Position numbers and translations under genes: made by a program. This document shows positions 50,667 through 64,000 of a DNA stretch of 64,000 nt, in pieces; within the stretch, counting starts at the first letter, position 1, and the number at the start of each line of letters is the position of its first letter. Source of the stretch: Trichinella spiralis (taxonomy: Eukaryota); contig NW_003526948.1 of assembly GCF_000181795.1 (NCBI RefSeq), positions 2,782,327 to 2,846,326 of the forward strand. The letters are read 5' to 3'. The notes under the pieces were generated by a model. The model made no database searches, was not told where the DNA came from, and worked only from the letters and a program-made list of their open reading frames with translations.

Positions 50667-53600
50667 AAGCTTGCTCGCTCGACGGTAATTTCAAGCAATT
50701 CGCCACCCCATATCACTGTTCTCCAGCACGTGAAAATGCAACCTTGACGCAATATCCCGTATTTTTCTGAAAGCAAAAGCAAATAACGTTCAAGTAATGT
50801 TTAACAATGGAGAGCATGAAAATGTAGAACAAGCGCAGATTGTGGAAATAGCAGAGTGCATGTTGGAAAATATAGCTGGCCGACTAAATTCTCTAAACTA
50901 GAGCAGCCAACTACGTCGTACACTACTCAGATCAAACCACATCTCCTTATCGAAGAAAATATTTCCAGTCAATATATCAAGAAGCGCCACACATGCAACC
51001 TTTTTTGCGTCCTATATAATATTGCTAGTATTCAATTGGAATTGTAAAACGTTCGCTTAATAATAATAATAATAATCATAACTGTAATAAGAGAACATTC
51101 GAAGCAGCTGGTGACAGTCTTCTTGTTCAACGGTTGAAAGCGAACTTACTGAATTGATGATAACCTTAGAATTGAAAATAAGTACAGAAATGAAGAAAAC
51201 TGGAAAACTTTTTCGACACTATTTTTTTTTTACTTTACACTGACTGGAGCATAATAAAATTTCACGCTTGTTCTGATCAAACTAACTTAAATAACATAAA
51301 TAATTTTAGAGCTGTTTTGCATGCGTGTGAACATAACAAACATACGCAATTTTCAGTCCATCAAAACATATTTGCTTTCATCATCATCATCATCATCATC
51401 ACCGGTTGATTTAGTCGTGGCTAGATTTACGCAATTGTACACTCATTGTGTGGATCAGAATTTTATAAGCTCGAAGACAACTCGAACCATCAGAGCAGCA
51501 GGTTAGCATTTAAATGCTAAATTGAATTGCTTTTTAAACAAAACAACAAACAAATTCACTTGAGCAAATAAATGAAATGACCAATTTTCAGCCAATGATA
51601 TCTGCTCCACAGATAACCAATGCAAACAATATTCGCGATTACTGTGTACTGAGTTAGTGACTGACTTTATTGACTTCAGTCCAGTTCGATTCACATGTAA
51701 ATTAGAATAAATTTAAATTAAATTAAATTACTGTCCATCAATTTCAACAAATGAATCAATTGAATGAACAGTTCCACTATTAATCCAAAACCAAAGAAAT
51801 TAACATGCGCACTAGGTTCTATGAATTTTTTGAATGAACAAAAAAAAACTGAAAATAAACTCATCCTTTCCAATAATGCATCTGTATTTAGTGGAAATTT
51901 TCAACAAGTTTCTTCGACGAGCATTTGCAACGTTGTTATTGAAAATTCACAACAACAACAACAGAGTGATTATCGAAATAAAATTATAAAGTTTTTTTTG
52001 CAAAAAAAATAATAATACCTTATCATATGTAGTATGCAATTACAGCTGCAAGCGGTGCTCAATGGCGATGCAAATTTAGAATATTCCGATCAAATTTTCA
52101 AGTAAATTAGTAGAAATAAATAAATATATATATATTCTTGTTTATATATTTATCTGGAAAGAACGGGGCTTATCAATCATTAACCGTTGCACATTTCGAA
52201 TGGCGGAAGTGTTTCTTAATTGCGATTAGAGCTGAATAATATTGATTGAAAAGTGAAATTCAGTATTCCGATGGATTCGGTCAGTGGATTTTGTGCATTT
52301 ATAAGATTACTCGGAACACACGTCGACTGGAAATGATTACTCAAACCCGAACCAACTATATGTATATATAGTACATAGACTAGAGTGGATTATGAAAAGC
52401 TGTAGAAAATTATTCGATAGAAAAATCAAATCAAATCAAATAAGTTGTGCTTTTCGTCTGTCGTGAAAAGCAAAGACAAAAATTTTAAAATAAAAACGTT
52501 ACTTTCACTCTTATCATTAATTTTCTTCAATTCTTGTTCACTGAAGTGTAAAAAGAGAATTTTCCCCCTTTTCGCTTTCAGCATGTAACAGGATGATAAA
52601 TGTTGTCTTCAAATGGATTCCACTAGTGTGCTGATATTGCGCTTCAATAATTTGACAGTTTCTACGAAAATTGTCAAAACGAAATTTACGAAGAAAAAAA
52701 TTTTTTTCCCTTTTCTTCATTACTGTAATAATAAGTAAGTATAAGTAGCAGTAGTAGTAGTAGTAGTGGCTGTTCTTTGTAATGTCATACGTTTGAATTT
52801 GATTTTCAGTTAGTATGTCGATTATAGCATTTAATTATTATTATTATTATTGTCAAAAACTGTCGATGGTGTTATCAAAAAAAAATCCGGGACACCCTTG
52901 CAACTCCTTTTATCCTAATATATGTATATATTTTGATAAAATAATCGCTGCCCGTGCTCTGAAATTAAAAGAATTTTCCAGATGCCCTGAATAGACAACC
53001 CCATACAAAGCACTTACTTAATTCAATGTGACATTTATTGTTTGAAAAAAAAGGAAAAACATCTTTTTTTATTCCACCATCATATACTTCACTTCTTCCA
53101 GAGTGTTAATTTTTTTACATGTTAAATAGAAAACTTTGTTTTGAACAGCTTTCAAAAAAAGAAAAGAAAATAACCTGAAATTTACTGTTGAACAGCGTTA
53201 AGCCTAAATTCGAATGTTTGAATGGTTTTTAGTAGAATTTAAGAGAAAAACAAATTTTAAATTTCATCGATTCATCTTCACAGACAAATTCCACAAAATA
53301 AAGTACTAAATTGATGGAAACAAAACTTTTTCAAATTCGACAACCAGCAGAAAGCAGAAATTACACCGTGAAACAAGAATTTATTTTCGAGATCAATTCG
53401 AAAATTTCACTTTTATTAATTAACCCAAACTGATGAGAAGAAAATTTGAAATTGAACAATAAATAACACGACGGCAGCAATCCTGACTTTTAAGATCATA
53501 AAAGCAGTAATTTCCTTATTGACAAAAAGGAAAATTGAACGAAATTTTCATTTTCAAATACGTTTAAAATTGACAATTAATTTTTTTTTCTTTTACAAAT

Positions 53601-53987
53601 AAACAACCTGATCATCATTTGAAATTTACAAACGCACCTTTTTACAGTGGCAAAATTGTAACCTATTGTTATTGTGAAAAATAAATTCAATAAATTAATG
53701 AAAGAAAAAGAAAAAAAATTTTTTTTCTTCTTCCATTTAAATTATGCATATGTGAAAAGAAAAGACAGTGACTCACTTTGATTTGTTTTAACAACTTAAT
53801 GGGATTTTCAGGTATTAGTGATATTTTTCAGCTCGAATAAGGTACACTGTCCATGCTAGAAGAGCCGGCATGATGATGGTCGAATTGGTTGCGTGAGGCG
53901 AGCAAATTAAGATCCAGTTGTCGGTTGGTATTTTTCCCCTTCCGCTGCTACAGTGGTGCATAGGCGAAAATTACAGTGCCCCACACG

Positions 53988-53990
<3 letters not shown>

Positions 53991-54033
<43 letters not shown>
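53991..54033. repeat. (AC)n microsatellite
   Basis: About 21 AC units read directly. Confidence 0.97.
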
Positions 54034-54037
<4 letters not shown>

Positions 54038-54792
54038 GTAAGGTCAACAAACGACAGTGAACAGACCAAGAAAATCATGTTCACATGCTCTGGGTCGATT
54101 TCGGCCGACAAAATTACCCGGTATTCTAGTTTTTATTTAGGTCCACTTGGACAACATGCCCCGCTGGATCGGCGAAATGTCTGTCACTGAATTTATTCAC
54201 AATCGCCAAATTGAAAATGCAAATTGTCCCATATATATATATATATATATGTGCGTTGTCTTCGATTATTATTGCATCAGAACATTGCCGATTCTCTTCC
54301 CCCTTTCCCCCCCCCCCCCCACCCCACCGATTCAAATCAACTCGACTAACAACCAATGAAAAATGCTCAAAAAACAACAAATGGCAACGATAGTTGGAGG
54401 AGAAAATTTCCATATAAATAACACTTCTTCTTACAATTAATTAGTTCGAGTTCGACGCGTTGTTAGAAGATATTATCGTGCAATCGAACCCTGAGTGATG
54501 TGATACTTATCGAAACGAGATTTCTTCTTCTTCTCCTATTTATTTATTATTCTCTAGCCCGCATCTACTGCCGACACGACAACATCACACACATCCTTGG
54601 CCGCAACATGTCACATTACGTGGTCACATTAAACGCAAAATTTTCAAACTGCTCATATTTTTCCATTCACCACTGTCTACGATTTATTCGACGACTTCAC
54701 GCATCTTTTTTTTATGCTTAGTTTTTCTTTTTCTGTTTAAATTTAAAAACGCTTAACTTTCTTTCATTGACGTTCACATGTAGATTTAAAAC

Positions 54793-54812
54793 GAGAGAGA
54801 GAGAGAGAGAGA
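54793..54812. repeat. (GA)n microsatellite
   Basis: 10 GA units read directly. Confidence 0.9.
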
Positions 54813-57104
54813 AAAAATATTACTGCGAAACACGAGGCGGAAAATAAAACGAGGAAACAGGAGAAAAAGAAAACAAATTAAACTGCTAAAACTCATTACA
54901 GCCTCGAGCAATGGGACGGAAAAGAGATAATTAATTTCTCTTACTTCCAATTAACCGGATCAACACTGTGGAAGAAAATTTCAACTGACAACATTTTCGA
55001 GATGGTAATTTTTGACGTTCTCCTCCATGAAGCTATTTTTTTTTTCATTCACATCAAACATCAAATCAAATTATCGAACAATATTCTGTCATTTTCACAA
55101 CAAACAAACAAACAAACAAAATAATATACAAAACACTAATAATAATAATAATAAACTGATGATCATTCACCAACAGTTTAAAGTAGAAATAAAAGTTGAT
55201 ATTTACATAATTATTACTCGGGTTAAGTGAAAGCGGAAACTTATGACTGTTGCAGAAATGAATTTATTATTCCACTTGACGCCGTTCTACGAACAGGCAA
55301 AAAGGTCAGTCAGACGGCTAAATTGTGCATTGCATTCGACGAACCAACGCTGACCTTCAGGAAGAAAAGAAACTACTACTAAGCTAAAATAGATAATATC
55401 GACTTGTTGCCAACAATTTGTTTATTTATTATTTTGCTACTGGTGATAAACCGTCTCTGCTGAAAGCTTACTTTTTAGCATATCTTTCAAAAATAAACAA
55501 ACAACAACAACAGTGTAAACTAAAATTTTACATTTTTTTTGAAATCTGAAAATGGAAACAATAAATAAATAAATAAATATGTACATATATTTTTTCCATT
55601 TACTAGCTGAACATTGTAGAACGCAATGAGCATCTATATTGTTGAGTTGTGAAATTTTATGGAAAACATTTATTGACAATATTTTTCATTCATTAATTTA
55701 TTGAAATTTATCAAAATCGATTTTTTTTTGCCAACGATGCAAATTATTATTGGATTGATTCCAAAATTGTAATATTTACACGTTGAAGAATGCATGGCAT
55801 GTTAAAACCCCGCTATTGAATTACAGAACTGTTCAGACCTTGAAACAACTAGATCCAGTACAGTGGCCGGCGACTGACGACAACTGTTCGCCTGCCCGCT
55901 ATGAAGACTTGAACATGACACTCTCGTGCGCAATGCAAATAAGCCCGAGCAGACGGATCAAATTTGGCCAATATGCAAATCAAATATTGTCACTTTTCAT
56001 TCCAGTTGAAAGAATAAAACGACACACTTTTTGATTTTGTAATTTGAGAAAAAAAATATATATTAATTATTAAAAAAATAAAATTCATCTTAAGTTAATC
56101 AAAAATTACCTGCTTTTAAGCAGATGCAGACCGAATTGGAAAAAAGTTCACCATCAAATGAAATTGCCTATTCTCCGAGAGACAAAATGATGATGATGAT
56201 GATGATGATAAAGTGAAAGGAAGAATAAGAAAAAAATTTTTTTTTCCAATTTCACAACTATTCCAAATGCAATAGTTTAAAATGAAAATTGAACGGATAT
56301 TTGAAAGTGGCAAATAAAAAATTTGAAACGGCCACGTCGATGATCAATTTAGAAATGAACTAAGTCAAATGTAACGATATATATATATACATTTATATGT
56401 ATATACATATAAAATTATCGACTGACTTGAAAATTGGACAAATAGACTTTGAAGTATATTGATGCATGAAAAATGGAAGAGATTGCGATTGCAGAGAAGA
56501 AAAATTAAAAAAAAATCACTTACAGAAGATGAACGTCGGTCGATTCGGCTAAATTGTTCTTTTCGATCTGTTCACAAGGTCTGCAGTTCTGCATAAAGCC
56601 GCAAAGTAAGTATCATCCGATCAGATTATAACACTCGCCTACAGGTAAAATCAAATACAGATTAATTTCTCGAAATATATCGTTTGATTTATTTCTCTCT
56701 GTGTGTGTCTGTATGCAAATATATGCATCTATACATGTGATAAACATGATGTACATATATTTGTTTGTTTACCATTATTTAGTACAACTAGATTATAGTT
56801 GGTGCTGGTGATGTGCAAATAAATTGCTGATCATGCAGAGTGCTATGTTATAAAATAAATAAATAAATAAATAAATAAAAATAAGTACATGAATACACAA
56901 GGCTGCGATGTCTTCGGGATGTCGTAGAAGGAAGAAAGGGGCAAAGAGAGATATATTTAGAGTTGCATTTGAAAAATGTACAAGTTGGTTAGTTGGACTG
57001 GTTGACAATGTGGGTTGAAAGTGACACATGATGTATGCGAAGCTCTGATTGATTCTTGGGAATGTCGAAGTGGAGATAGAAATCGAGCATTGTCGTCGTC
57101 ACCA

Positions 57105-57107
57105 GCA

Positions 57108-57138
<31 letters not shown>

Positions 57139-57248
57139 TTCGCACATACGACACCGACCACCACCAATGCTTAATTAGTCCACAAGTGGGGTGGGAGTGG
57201 GGGGTAAGGGTAAGGGTATATATGAGATGGGATGGGATGGGATGGGGG
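57105..57248. repeat. Composite simple-repeat block: (GCA)n, then G-tract, TAAGGG and GATGG repeats
   Basis: (GCA)n at about 57105-57137 and nine runs of 3 or more G at 57188-57248. Confidence 0.85.
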
Positions 57249-58276
57249 AGACAGACAGTATATGCCGACGTCGTTGGATTGTCAGATACAAAAACCACAC
57301 CGGACAAGGGAAAATTTTTCTCTGGACCACAGAAAACATTAGCCGACGGCAAGTTTCGCTTTTCGCTTCAATTCGCCATTCAAATTTCAAGCTCCGCCGT
57401 GTTCACTTGAAGATGCTTATCAAGGTTGGCAGCGTAATTCGTCGTTGTCGTTTTTTGTCAACTCTGGCCCGTTTCAGCTCACCGCCTTAAGTACCCCATA
57501 AATTTCCGATTCTTCCAACTGCGCAACTGTCACACCATCCATCTATTCGAGATGACTTTGATAAAAATTAAATAATCCAAATAAAATTGGATAAAATTAA
57601 AATTTCAAAAACAAACAAACAATTCGTTTGTCTATTTTCTCTTTTATTCCTAAAAAAAGAAAGCCAGCACTTTCTTTTTCTTTTCTTTTCAATCATATTT
57701 GAACGTTTTCACCATTTTTGCATACACACCAGTTAATTTCAATTTTTCCATGCATCTGGTTCAAGGTTTTCATCATCAAACGACAACGATAACAACGGCT
57801 ATAAATCTTTTCCATTTCAAAAATCAGATCACAAGGTAAATGCAAATTCGAACCATTAACTATTACTTTTCAATCATCGCCGTCATCAATTTCTGCTGCT
57901 GTCATTGGGCTTTTGCATTTCAACCAATAAATTTATAACCATTGAATTTGTAATAAAAATTGGATTAAAACAAAAAATATTTTCAAAAATCAATACAACT
58001 GAAACATGAAACATATCAAATAATCAACTCACTTTAACAAATGCATTTGAATTTTCACAATACTTCTTCAATTCTTCTCTCATAATGAAAATCTCGTAAA
58101 GTATGAAAAAGAAAACTTAAACAAAACATATAATAACAATTGGAAAAAAAATACAAACCAGATCCACCATAATAAGAGATTTATCTGTGATCATTGAAAC
58201 ACCATTCATATACTAAGTAGCATTGAACAAGTAATACAGTATAGTAAAGCTTAAAAAAATGTAAACTATTTATTAA

Positions 58277-59344
58277 TCAACGTTGGCTTTTGTCATCTTT
58301 TTCCTGGTTTCGGTTTGGTTTGAAACGATGCTTTACCATTGCTTCTCTTTTCGCTTCGTACGCAGCAATATACTGGAACACTCCAGCACCACCATTTGTA
58401 TTACAGTATTCTTCGGGAAGTGGAATTTTCAAAATGTCTCCAAGCATGAATGGTTTGAGCCATCCAACCAGAGGAGTTGATCCTGGAGTATACATGGACT
58501 GCTTGTGATAGAAGAGAAATCCGTCAACTGGGCATGTAAATTGCCAGCATTTTTCCACCAACGTATTGGTCAACGTTGCCGCGTCCGATGAAAAATTAGG
58601 CAACACTTCCAACCATATTGGATTAACCGATTTCAAGTAAGCGTCGCGTTGTTCGTCAGTCATTTTATCGTATTCTTCTTTACTAAAATATTTCATCACT
58701 AGATTCTCTTTCCAATCTTTTATCTTTTCTTTGCACCAGTAAAATCGAAATTCAGTATCACAATCGGTCACCGGCATGTTTCTCCACGCTATTATGTCCA
58801 AAATATAAATAATATTATCCTCAAAACGCCAAATGCAATCCAACTTTGAACCAGCCGGTAAATTGCACTTGATTGTTCTAATTTTTCGATTGGATCGACT
58901 AATAAGCTGGCAGTATTTACCATTCGAAATTAACAAACACCGTTTACCCATTGGACACGGTACCAGCAGCCAGTTCGTTTCTAAATCATCCGGCACATCC
59001 ACCATCCATTCACTTTCCATAACTCCGCAGGCGACGGTCGTTTCATTCGGTAATTCTGTTTGCGAACATGCTGAAGCATCTTCCATTTCTACATCAGCAT
59101 CAGCTTTAGCGATTCCGATACTAATTTGACGCAGCACATCCAACTGTTTTTCCCTCTTTTCTTTTTGTTCGTTCAGATATTTTATCCGACGATTTTTCTG
59201 CAATTCTCGAGCTCGCAGATTTCGATTAATCTTGGAAAACAAAGGATGCGCACGGTAAGTGGAATACATATTTCCACTTACCGCAGCATTCGCTTCCAAC
59301 AACTGCGTAACCTCAGCGACTGGGTCTTCATCGGCCTTATCCAT
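58277..59344 (-). CDS. SNUPN: Snurportin-1 (m3G-cap import adaptor), single coding exon, 355 aa
   Basis: IBB-like QKNRRIKYLNEQKEKR, then MESEWMVDVPDDL..NWLLVPCPMGKRCLLI, LDCIW, DCDTEFRFYW, DGFLFYHK...YTPGSTPLVGWLKP. Confidence 0.95.
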   Translation of the reverse strand: MDKADEDPVAEVTQLLEANAAVSGNMYSTYRAHPLFSKINRNLRARELQKNRRIKYLNEQKEKREKQLDVLRQISIGIAKADADVEMEDASACSQTELPNETTVACGVMESEWMVDVPDDLETNWLLVPCPMGKRCLLISNGKYCQLISRSNRKIRTIKCNLPAGSKLDCIWRFEDNIIYILDIIAWRNMPVTDCDTEFRFYWCKEKIKDWKENLVMKYFSKEEYDKMTDEQRDAYLKSVNPIWLEVLPNFSSDAATLTNTLVEKCWQFTCPVDGFLFYHKQSMYTPGSTPLVGWLKPFMLGDILKIPLPEEYCNTNGGAGVFQYIAAYEAKREAMVKHRFKPNRNQEKDDKSQR

Positions 59345-61307
59345 AATCTAAATACAATTTATATTTTAAATCATTTAGTTAGAATAATTTTAAAATATTA
59401 TCAACATTAAAAAAAAATATATATATATAACCAGTTAGAAACAGTCATCCAGACAAACCGACAGTTAGAAATAATTCAAATCGACAAACTTATTGTCAAA
59501 ACTCTGTACTCTGGCAATTCCTTCCCGCGCTTTGTTAATATAAGAAATTAAAGAAATAAATGATACAATTATAATGTAAACATTAAAACATTGTCAAACA
59601 GAAACATGCAACTTTTTTAACTAGTAAATATAAAACAACAATAGAAATAAATTATCATTATAACAAAAGAAAAATTTACATGAGCCAGGCATCGACGTTC
59701 CTATTGAAATAGACATAAATGAGATTCAAAGTTACATACGCAAATGTTTCATTTAAAAGTATTACGCAAAACGCACGTATTCAAATGACTAAAAATTGTC
59801 ATATTGATACATTTAAAGTAAATATAAACAATTCTAGATTCTTGAATTTTACTGGAAAAAATGCGATGAAAAAAAATTAAGCAAATAAAGAAAACTGAAT
59901 ATAAATAACAATTCACAATTTCTTAAACTTTACTTCATAAAATAAAAATTCAAAATCATTTTTCTACTATTAATACTTAATCCAAATAAAAAACATACTT
60001 TGAAAAATTAAACATACACAGTGTCAAAATGACAAAAGTACTTACGATTGTTGATGTAAAGAACCGGAAATTGTTTATAAATTAATTGTACAGTTGTGCA
60101 CGAAAACCTTTTCCGGAATACTTTTAACGAGAAAAAATGACCAAAAATCAATATCTGATGCTGAATTACACAAGTACTGCCAAAACACGTATTAAACCTG
60201 CAAGTTTTCGTATACGGTATTACAATTGAACAGTTATTAAAAATGAAGTATAATTTATAATTTTTAGAAGAAATAATGCGTGACGGAAACAAAAATTAAA
60301 ACAAATTAATGAACATTTCTCGATGGATGATTTTATGTTTTTAATTAGTAAAAATTAGGTCACATTTTAGTTTAATAAGTAAAAGAATCTGTTGTTTGGG
60401 GCGTTTATTGAGCTAATGCTTTTGCACACTGAAATATATGTATATTTTTTTCAACAGTTATAATGCAAGATTAGTAAATTTATTAAGAACAGAAATTACT
60501 TTTAAAAAAGACAGCATGATGGCGTGTTTTTCAACTAACCGTTAACATTGGATTTGTAAACTAACCTACGTCCATTGTTGCTTTCTGGTTTCATCATTTT
60601 ACTGACAAACTTTTTTGTTTACTTTTTTCTAATGTAAAAATATGGACAGTATAACATAACAGACACCATCTGACAGCGTTGCATTTCATTTTTCGTACGT
60701 TTTATTCCTTATATTATGCTCCATTTTTGTTACTTTTATGAGATGCGTAAGATAATTATTAACATTTTCATCAAACGAATTATTTTAAACACAAAAATTT
60801 TTCATTGTTTGTTTATTCTTTTACGCTGCAGCTTTATAAAGCACATACTAAGTATCTTTGGTACTTTTTACATCCAGTATATAGATAAGTACTGTAAATA
60901 ATTGACACTCTGAACTATTCTTAGGCAAGTAAATTTCATTTCATATGTTTTGACTATAATTTTACTAAAAAATCAAAACATTTAATAAAACTTAATAATA
61001 TGGAATACTTTAAATTGTAAATATAATAAATCCTAATTTACGATATCATTCTTTCCCGTTTTTAGTAAGATACAGTCAATTTAAAATTTTGAAACATACG
61101 GCGTTCACATAAAAAAAATAATAAATATTATCTTTTTTATTATTTGTGAATTGTATAAAAATATATCTTTGATATATTTAATATCGAGTTGCGTCATTTA
61201 TTTGCTTGAATATCAATAGTTAGCGTCCTGTAATATTACAGTATTTCCACTTTGGTGTATTTTTCATTTGGTGTATTCTGTTGTGTGAAGTGTGAAAACT
61301 TGCAACA

Positions 61308-64000
61308 ATGTTATCCTTGAAAAGTTTCAGGTGAGAATTGTTGTATTTATTCATAATGCAAATAAAATGACTTGTTAATGTATTTTCAGTTCCAACATGC
61401 ATATTCCACCAAATTCTATTCCTTTGAATGCGAAATCGACTGTGAAATACAGCGTTCCGCAACATCGTGACACGGACTGCCCTCAAGTATAACTTTAGTT
61501 TACCAGAGTTTATATTCTGTCGCTGATGAATGTATTTCAGATATGCACTAATGTGATTGGTAATCTTGGTTGGAAACGAGAGCCCTATCAATCGAGAATA
61601 ATGGACATCACTCCCGATGGTCGTGTTTTGGCCTATTATCTGAAAAGTATTATTTTATTATTACACCATTTGCTATTTTTTAAATATATTTTAATTTATA
61701 AGTTTTACATTGAAAACGAATTTCTGCTCTGAAATTGTAGTTAATTATTTTTTTGCATTCCGTCTGCGCCTCAATACACTGATGTATCTTCTATTGTATT
61801 CTTCATTTTTTTCTGGTTTTTTTTCTTTATTAGACAATGTTTTCTGTGTGAATCTTTTGAAATCAAGTGATGAACGTTATTTTTCAGCAATACCATGACA
61901 ACATGATGTTGCTATTTTCTTGAATACTGCTGCATTTTTTCTTTCATGAAATCATTTCTTTTATAAATGTAACAGTTTGTTCACCTTCTATCCAATTCAT
62001 TTTATTTTTATATATTAACTTATATTTGTGTAGGATGATTCAGCATAGCTTGTATTATTTTGAAAGTATTTTTAACAGTTGCATTTAATACTGGTTGATG
62101 CTTTTGTATGATTGATAGATTGTAATTTTATATTTTTAATTTTCCTTTAGTATATTAATGAAAAAAATGTTTTTTTAGCAATAAATGGTAGCGTTATTCG
62201 ATTGTTGAAGCTGGATTTGATGTGTCGTTGTCATCTTCCGAAACTAGCGGACTGCGTCAGTGATATGGAATGGTGTGCCTATTCGCAATCCTATCTGCTC
62301 GGCATCACCGATACAAATCGTTCAGTGACGTTTTATAAAGTGGAAAAGGAGCACGAATTGGAAAATCGGTGATTATTTAATTTTAATACGAATGAAAAAG
62401 AAAACTTTTGCTTTTATTAGATATGAATTGGTGAAAATCACGTCGGACAATCCCCAAAAAGACGCGGCAGTGCGTTGTTCGTTGACATGGTGCCGAGGTT
62501 TGAATGAGAAACTTCTCACGCCGCAGGTGATGGAATTTGTGGACAATTATTTCAAAGTGGCTGTTTGGTTTGAAAATGTTATTTACATTTTCAACGTGAA
62601 GAAAATTTGCCAAGAATTTGGTTCGAAAACTACATACGACGCGATCGAATCGAAAGTGTGCAAAATTACTGAAAGCAAGGTAATACTTTTTTTTTCTTAT
62701 TGAACAATATTAATGATTTTCATGTTTGATTCAGAACATCACCAGTGCTCAGATATCAGTCGATGGCTCCACGGCTTGCCTGAGCAATGAAGATGGGCAG
62801 TTGAAATTTTTCAAACTCGACAAATCTCAGGAGGCTCACTGCATCCGTACGTTTCAGGCGAACGGTACCGATCCTGTATCGTGGTCGTATTTTTTCACCG
62901 ACAGTAGCATGTTCACTTCCAAGTGATTTTTTTTGACAAAATTTTTTCCTCTTTCACATTACCATCCAGCCGTTGTTTTTAGCTCGCCCAAAAATGCCGG
63001 CTATGTTTTCACGGCGGCGGAGAACAATCGAGTGATAAGTTTGTGGAATCCGACCGAATCAAAAATGACATCCTGTTTGAAGCAAGTTTTTTGCTTATGG
63101 TTTATTTATTTTTTTTATTTTTCATTTTTATTCAGATTGGTCGGTGAAAATAATCCACAGGATACGACACCTTTTGTTTTGTGTGTGGACAAAAGTGGAA
63201 AATTCCTTTGCATTTCCGACATTGCCAACAAAGTGAATATATAATTTGTTATTATGCAAATTATGTCATTTTTGTTTCCATTTCTTTGTAGCTGCTGTTT
63301 ATTGTCGCTTTGGAGGAGTCGAAAAATTCCTTTTACATGCGTGTTTTGTCCGTCTTTCCGCTGGTCAAGCCGTTGATCTTCATTGCCGTTGCGGAATTCA
63401 AGTGCATCACAGGTTTCTTGACTTTTCATTCAACATTTGCCACTTTTTTCTTTCATATTGTTGAACTTTTCAGAAGCACGTCAAAATTCAAAAATTGGGG
63501 AGCGACTTGTTCGAGCTGAAATTTACGCAATCAACGAACAGTTAATGGGATATATTTTTTTAATGTTATTTGTATTTCTAATATCTTATTTTACTGCTCG
63601 TAGATCACTTGCGAAGTTGACAATCAATTATGACGAAAAAGGAGAGGCGAATCTTGAACAGAAACTATGCGATGTGAAAATTCAACTTCTCAGCGATATG
63701 CCGAATGAAAATAAACGCAAAACTAAGTATTAATTTTTGCTTTTTATTAAATTGAAAATTCCAATATGAATTGTTCATGTTGTAAAGTTGAAATTTTTTG
63801 AAGGCCTCAGCCTGTGCAAGCGATTCCACCAGTGAAAGTTGAAAATCAGACGGCTGTTGTACCAGATGAAAAAGTAATTTTATGATTCTTTTTCAATCCA
63901 TTAATTATGATAATTGACAGACGACATAGAAGCGAAGGCTGAGTTTTAGTTGTATGAATATTTTTTCAAATGTTATTCAACAGGCTTCATTCATCTTTAG
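61308..64000 (+). CDS. EDC4: Enhancer of mRNA decapping 4 (Ge-1) N-terminal WD40 region, runs off the window end
   Basis: Exons 61308-61330, 61390-61486, 61541-61646, 62179-62368, 62421-62679, 62735-62922, 62983-about 63083, 63136-63232, 63292-63412, 63474-63540, 63604-63726, 63804-63873 and on. Motifs ISVDGSTACLSNEDGQLKFF, CIRTFQANGTDPVS, TAAENNRVISLW, VDKSGKFLCISDIANKLLFIV, FPLVKPLI follow the order seen in EDC4. Confidence 0.75.

Noticed and set aside
56957..57490. Overlapping 99-131 aa ORFs with poly-Ala
   Set aside because: Open only because of GC-rich simple repeats, with no protein-like content.

Overview
This is AT-rich, intron-dense eukaryotic DNA, not prokaryotic. Short GT-AG introns with TTTCAG/TTTAG acceptors, gene content and BEL/Pao relics point to a nematode, most plausibly Trichinella-like (inference, not verified). 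I spliced the genes by hand and can support 13 protein-coding genes: SMN, an unannotated 100-aa secreted Arg-rich prepropeptide, RNF11, TAF12, DIS3/RRP44, unc-4/Uncx, TPI, an eLOTUS+Tudor protein, lunapark, Jun, a Jelly belly/HEN-1-like LDLa ligand precursor, snurportin-1 and the 5' part of EDC4/Ge-1. There is also a decayed, internally deleted BEL/Pao LTR retrotransposon and several simple repeats. The strongest novelty candidate is the three-exon gene at 6175-6696 (-), absent from the ORF track: signal peptide, acidic propiece, RxxR site and a 50-aa mature peptide of net charge about +18. Other highlights are a degenerate SMN YG box, a GC-AG intron in Jun, a +1 frameshift in DIS3, a 27-nt inverted copy of a splice donor upstream of the LOTUS gene, and an unexplained three-hairpin GC-rich island at about 22.6 kb.
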